64,000 nt of DNA, taken from positions 123 through 64,122 of the forward strand of contig CANLTI010000023.1 in assembly GCA_947494095.1 (NCBI GenBank), read 5' to 3'. Both the position numbers and the translations under genes were made by a program. The notes under the pieces were generated by a model. It saw only the letters and a program-made list of their open reading frames with translations. It ran no database searches and had not been told where the DNA came from. The DNA comes from an uncultured Pseudomonadales bacterium (GTDB lineage: Bacteria; Pseudomonadota; Gammaproteobacteria; Pseudomonadales; Cellvibrionaceae). Below, in pieces: positions 61,305 through 64,000 of the stretch (within the stretch, counting starts at the first letter, position 1; each line of letters opens with the position of its first letter).

Positions 61305-61637
61305 CTAAAATGGCATTTTAAAACCAGGCGGCATTTGCATTCCACCGGTTAAATTACCCATTATTTTTTTATTCTCCTCTTCTACCTTACGCACACAATC
61401 ATTAACCGCAGCCGCTAACAAGTCCTCTAACATTTCTTTATCTTCAGCCATTAAGGAGTCATCAATCGCAACAGTTTTAACGTCGTGACGGCCATTCATA
61501 ATAACTTTAACCAAGCCCGCGCCTGCACTGCCTTCGATTTCGAGCTGGTTCAGTGCTTGTTGATTTTTTTCCATATTCTCTTGCATTTGCGATTGCATAT
61601 CTTGCAATTGCTTCATCATATCGCCAAGGCCATTCAT
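61305..61637 (-). CDS. ybaB: YbaB/EbfC nucleoid-associated protein
   Basis: [40 protein letters not shown]. Confidence 0.96.
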   Translation of the reverse strand: MNGLGDMMKQLQDMQSQMQENMEKNQQALNQLEIEGSAGAGLVKVIMNGRHDVKTVAIDDSLMAEDKEMLEDLLAAAVNDCVRKVEEENKKIMGNLTGGMQMPPGFKMPF

Positions 61638-61664
61638 GTTTATTCTCCTCAGAAAGTAAAATTT

Positions 61665-63788
61665 TTACGTACAGTGGGTATTGTTTTTATCGACCTCTAC
61701 AGAGCTTAGATCGAGCACTGCATTAAAATGTTGTTGTAAATCCTGCACTAACGGTTCTTCTTGCATTTTTTCAATCGCATTCGCTAGCGCCTGCTGCCGC
61801 AGCGTATCTGCATATATTGCCGGTGTCATCGCGCTAGAGTCTAAAGCCGCTAAGTCAATGTGCACTTTGACCGGCTCATCAAAATAATCATTGAGTAAAT
61901 CATTAAAACGCTGCCTGTGCGAATCATCAAACAATGCACCTTTGTCTTGGTCTAATAAAAAATAAAGCTGATTCCCCGCAACATTAACCAACAAACAATT
62001 GGCCACAGTGCTTTGCAATACACCTTTAACTCCCAGCGCTTCATAAATCGCCAACCAATGCACGGGTTCTATCTTAGCCACTTGTGTTGGAGCGCTAGCT
62101 AAGGGCTGAGCCCTAGTTTGTATTTGCGCTATTTTTTTATCTTTAGCCACAACAGGTGCTGATATTTGAGAAGCCGGCTTAAGCCCCTCTAAACCTGGCG
62201 CATTAAATAGCGCCTCAAGGGACTTTTTTGCCGCATCACCCGCCCCGCTACTGGCGCTTTGCTCGGTGTTATTGCTGTTAAGCGTTGAGTCTTCGGTAGT
62301 AGGCGCTTCACTAGGCAGCTCCCATGGAGGAGCAGAGCTTGATTTGAGTACATCATGACTCGCCTCACGATTAATGACCGCCGCAGTATTATTTTGCGCA
62401 ACATCGTCAATCTGGTCAGACGATTTTTTTGGCTCAATAATATTAGCCGGCACCGATGGGGTGACCGTTTTGGCGTTAACCTCTGGAGATACCGAACGAT
62501 GAGCCTCAGAACGATGAACCTCAGAATCAGAAACTTCAGCGCTGATAGCTTGTGAGCTGTGAGCTTCAGAGTTTTTCATTTCAGCGTTTGGCCGCTCCGA
62601 ACTGAGTGCTGTCTCACTGCCGCTCGAATTTTCTGCTGAGACCGCTATTTCAGGTAGCGCAGGCGCCTCTGAACGCAATGAAGTTGTTGGCACATCCGCA
62701 ATGCCCTGTGGCTTAAAGGCTAACATTCGTAACAATGTCATCTCTAGCCCCGAACGTGGGTCAGGTGATAAATGTAAGTCGCGACGACCAATTAATGCCG
62801 TTTGATAAAACAACTGGACATCTTCAGGCGGCAGCATTTGGCAGAGCTCTAAAATGGTCGTGCGATCACCATAGCTATTATCAAGCGCCTCAGGCATCGC
62901 TTGTGCGATGGCAATACGATGCAGGAATGTAGTTAAATCGCCTAATGCGCCAAAGTAATCAGGGGCATGTTCAGAAAAGGCGGCAACCGCTTTAAGCACA
63001 GCAGGACCATCATTGGCAATTAGAGCTCTCACAAGTTGCTCAATCAGTTTATGGTCAATAGTGCCTAGCATCGTCACAACATCAGTATCGGCGACTTTAC
63101 CGGCACCAAACGCAATCGCTTGATCGGTTAAACTAAGCGCATCTCGCATACTGCCATCAGCAGAGCGCGCCAGCTGCCAAAGCGCTGACTCCTCAAAAGG
63201 AATAGCCTCTTCACCTAATACAAACTGAAGATGACCTACAATGCGCTCGGGCGACATATTTTTTAAATTAAACTGTAAGCAACGCGAAAGAATTGTGACA
63301 GGAAGCTTTTGCGGATCGGTTGTTGCCAATAAAAATTTTACATGCTCTGGTGGCTCTTCTAGTGTTTTTAACAACGCATTAAAACTATGCGTTGATAGCA
63401 TGTGCACTTCATCGATTAAATAAATCTTATAGCGACCACGGGTTGGCGCGTATTGAACATTGTCGAGTAATTCACGCGTATCTTCAACGCGTGTTCGCGA
63501 AGCTGCATCCACCTCAATTAAATCAACAAAACGCCCTTGCGCGATTTCTAGGCATGATGAACATTCACCACAAGGCTCAGAGCTAACACCCACTTCGCAA
63601 TTAAGGCACTTAGCTAAAATACGGGCAATCGTTGTTTTACCCACCCCACGAGTGCCCGTAAATAAATAGGCATGGTGGAGGCGATTATTATCGAGCGCAT
63701 TGATTAGCGCCCTAAGCACATGCTCTTGGCCAACCATTTCACGAAATATGCGCGGGCGCCATTTACGCGCCAAAACTTGATAGCTCAC
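61665..63788 (-). CDS. dnaX: DNA polymerase III subunit tau/gamma
   Basis: MSYQVLARKWRP, GTRGVGKT, DLIEVDAASR, DEVHMLS, SRCLQF, GSMRDALSL. Confidence 0.98.
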   Translation of the reverse strand: MSYQVLARKWRPRIFREMVGQEHVLRALINALDNNRLHHAYLFTGTRGVGKTTIARILAKCLNCEVGVSSEPCGECSSCLEIAQGRFVDLIEVDAASRTRVEDTRELLDNVQYAPTRGRYKIYLIDEVHMLSTHSFNALLKTLEEPPEHVKFLLATTDPQKLPVTILSRCLQFNLKNMSPERIVGHLQFVLGEEAIPFEESALWQLARSADGSMRDALSLTDQAIAFGAGKVADTDVVTMLGTIDHKLIEQLVRALIANDGPAVLKAVAAFSEHAPDYFGALGDLTTFLHRIAIAQAMPEALDNSYGDRTTILELCQMLPPEDVQLFYQTALIGRRDLHLSPDPRSGLEMTLLRMLAFKPQGIADVPTTSLRSEAPALPEIAVSAENSSGSETALSSERPNAEMKNSEAHSSQAISAEVSDSEVHRSEAHRSVSPEVNAKTVTPSVPANIIEPKKSSDQIDDVAQNNTAAVINREASHDVLKSSSAPPWELPSEAPTTEDSTLNSNNTEQSASSGAGDAAKKSLEALFNAPGLEGLKPASQISAPVVAKDKKIAQIQTRAQPLASAPTQVAKIEPVHWLAIYEALGVKGVLQSTVANCLLVNVAGNQLYFLLDQDKGALFDDSHRQRFNDLLNDYFDEPVKVHIDLAALDSSAMTPAIYADTLRQQALANAIEKMQEEPLVQDLQQHFNAVLDLSSVEVDKNNTHCT
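62193..62240 (-). other. Putative programmed -1 ribosomal frameshift cassette in dnaX
   Basis: In-frame A_AAA_AAG (62229-62223), -1-frame TGA (62217-62215), downstream hairpin CCT-TGA-GGCGC-TATTTAAT-GCGCC-AGG. Confidence 0.7.
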
Positions 63789-63968
63789 TTACCTTACCTT
63801 GCATCAATGCGCAGAGCGCCGTTAAATTGAGTCGCTTATTATAGCGAACTTACTCTCATTAAACTGACTAAATGATATGACAGCCCAAGTAACGCAGATC
63901 GTATCTATCCAGAGGCTCTGGTACACGAGCTAAAAACGGGGCTCAAATACTCACGCGCTTAAGATAGG

Positions 63969-63995
63969 CTAACTTACTTCAGAGGTACCACAATT
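63969..63995 (+). repeat. Degenerate right-end fragment of the IS66-type MITE at the window edge
   Basis: CTAACTTACTTCAGAGGTACCACAATT versus GTAACTATTCAGAGGTACCAAAATT. Confidence 0.55.
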
Positions 63996-64000
63996 CGGAG

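Noticed and set aside
63800-63960. SRP RNA (ffs), often found upstream of dnaX
   Set aside because: The conserved domain IV sequence (..CAGG..GGAAG..AGCAG..) was not found on either strand.

Overview
A 64-kb chromosomal window from a marine gammaproteobacterium, probably Cellvibrionales (inferred from the bioH-bioC fusion and Pseudomonas-like gene order). It is mostly core genes: aceEF, a pitrilysin-like peptidase, 6S RNA-ygfA, bioB-F-HC-D/comF, comEC-exbB-exbD-lpxK-kdsB-ptp-murB and dnaX-ybaB-recR-rnd-ycgL-ycgN-slyX. Accessory genes are an M4 protease, a GGDEF protein, a GH3 lipoprotein, MoxR-DUF58-transglutaminase, two tandem RoxA-like di-heme cytochrome c lipoproteins and a chalcone-isomerase-like/2xTonB-C + porin + PBP-like operon. 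I found no tRNA, rRNA, CRISPR array, transposase or phage genes. The most notable signals are: (1) a modular dispersed repeat/MITE family (7 pieces), whose one complete copy (53560-53860) has IS66-type GTAA ends, an 8-bp target duplication and a variable-number 33-bp hairpin cassette; (2) the duplicated RoxA-like cytochromes; (3) the periplasmic CHI-TonB-TonB module; (4) a DARS-like DnaA-box triplet near bioD; (5) an E. coli-type -1 frameshift signal in dnaX; (6) an (ACAATCTA)8 VNTR in front of an orphan ParA/MinD-like ATPase, among many 14-16-bp tandem duplications; (7) two apparently damaged genes (a frameshifted OmpA-family gene and an in-frame stop near the transglutaminase gene start). 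All product calls come from motif recognition, not database searches.
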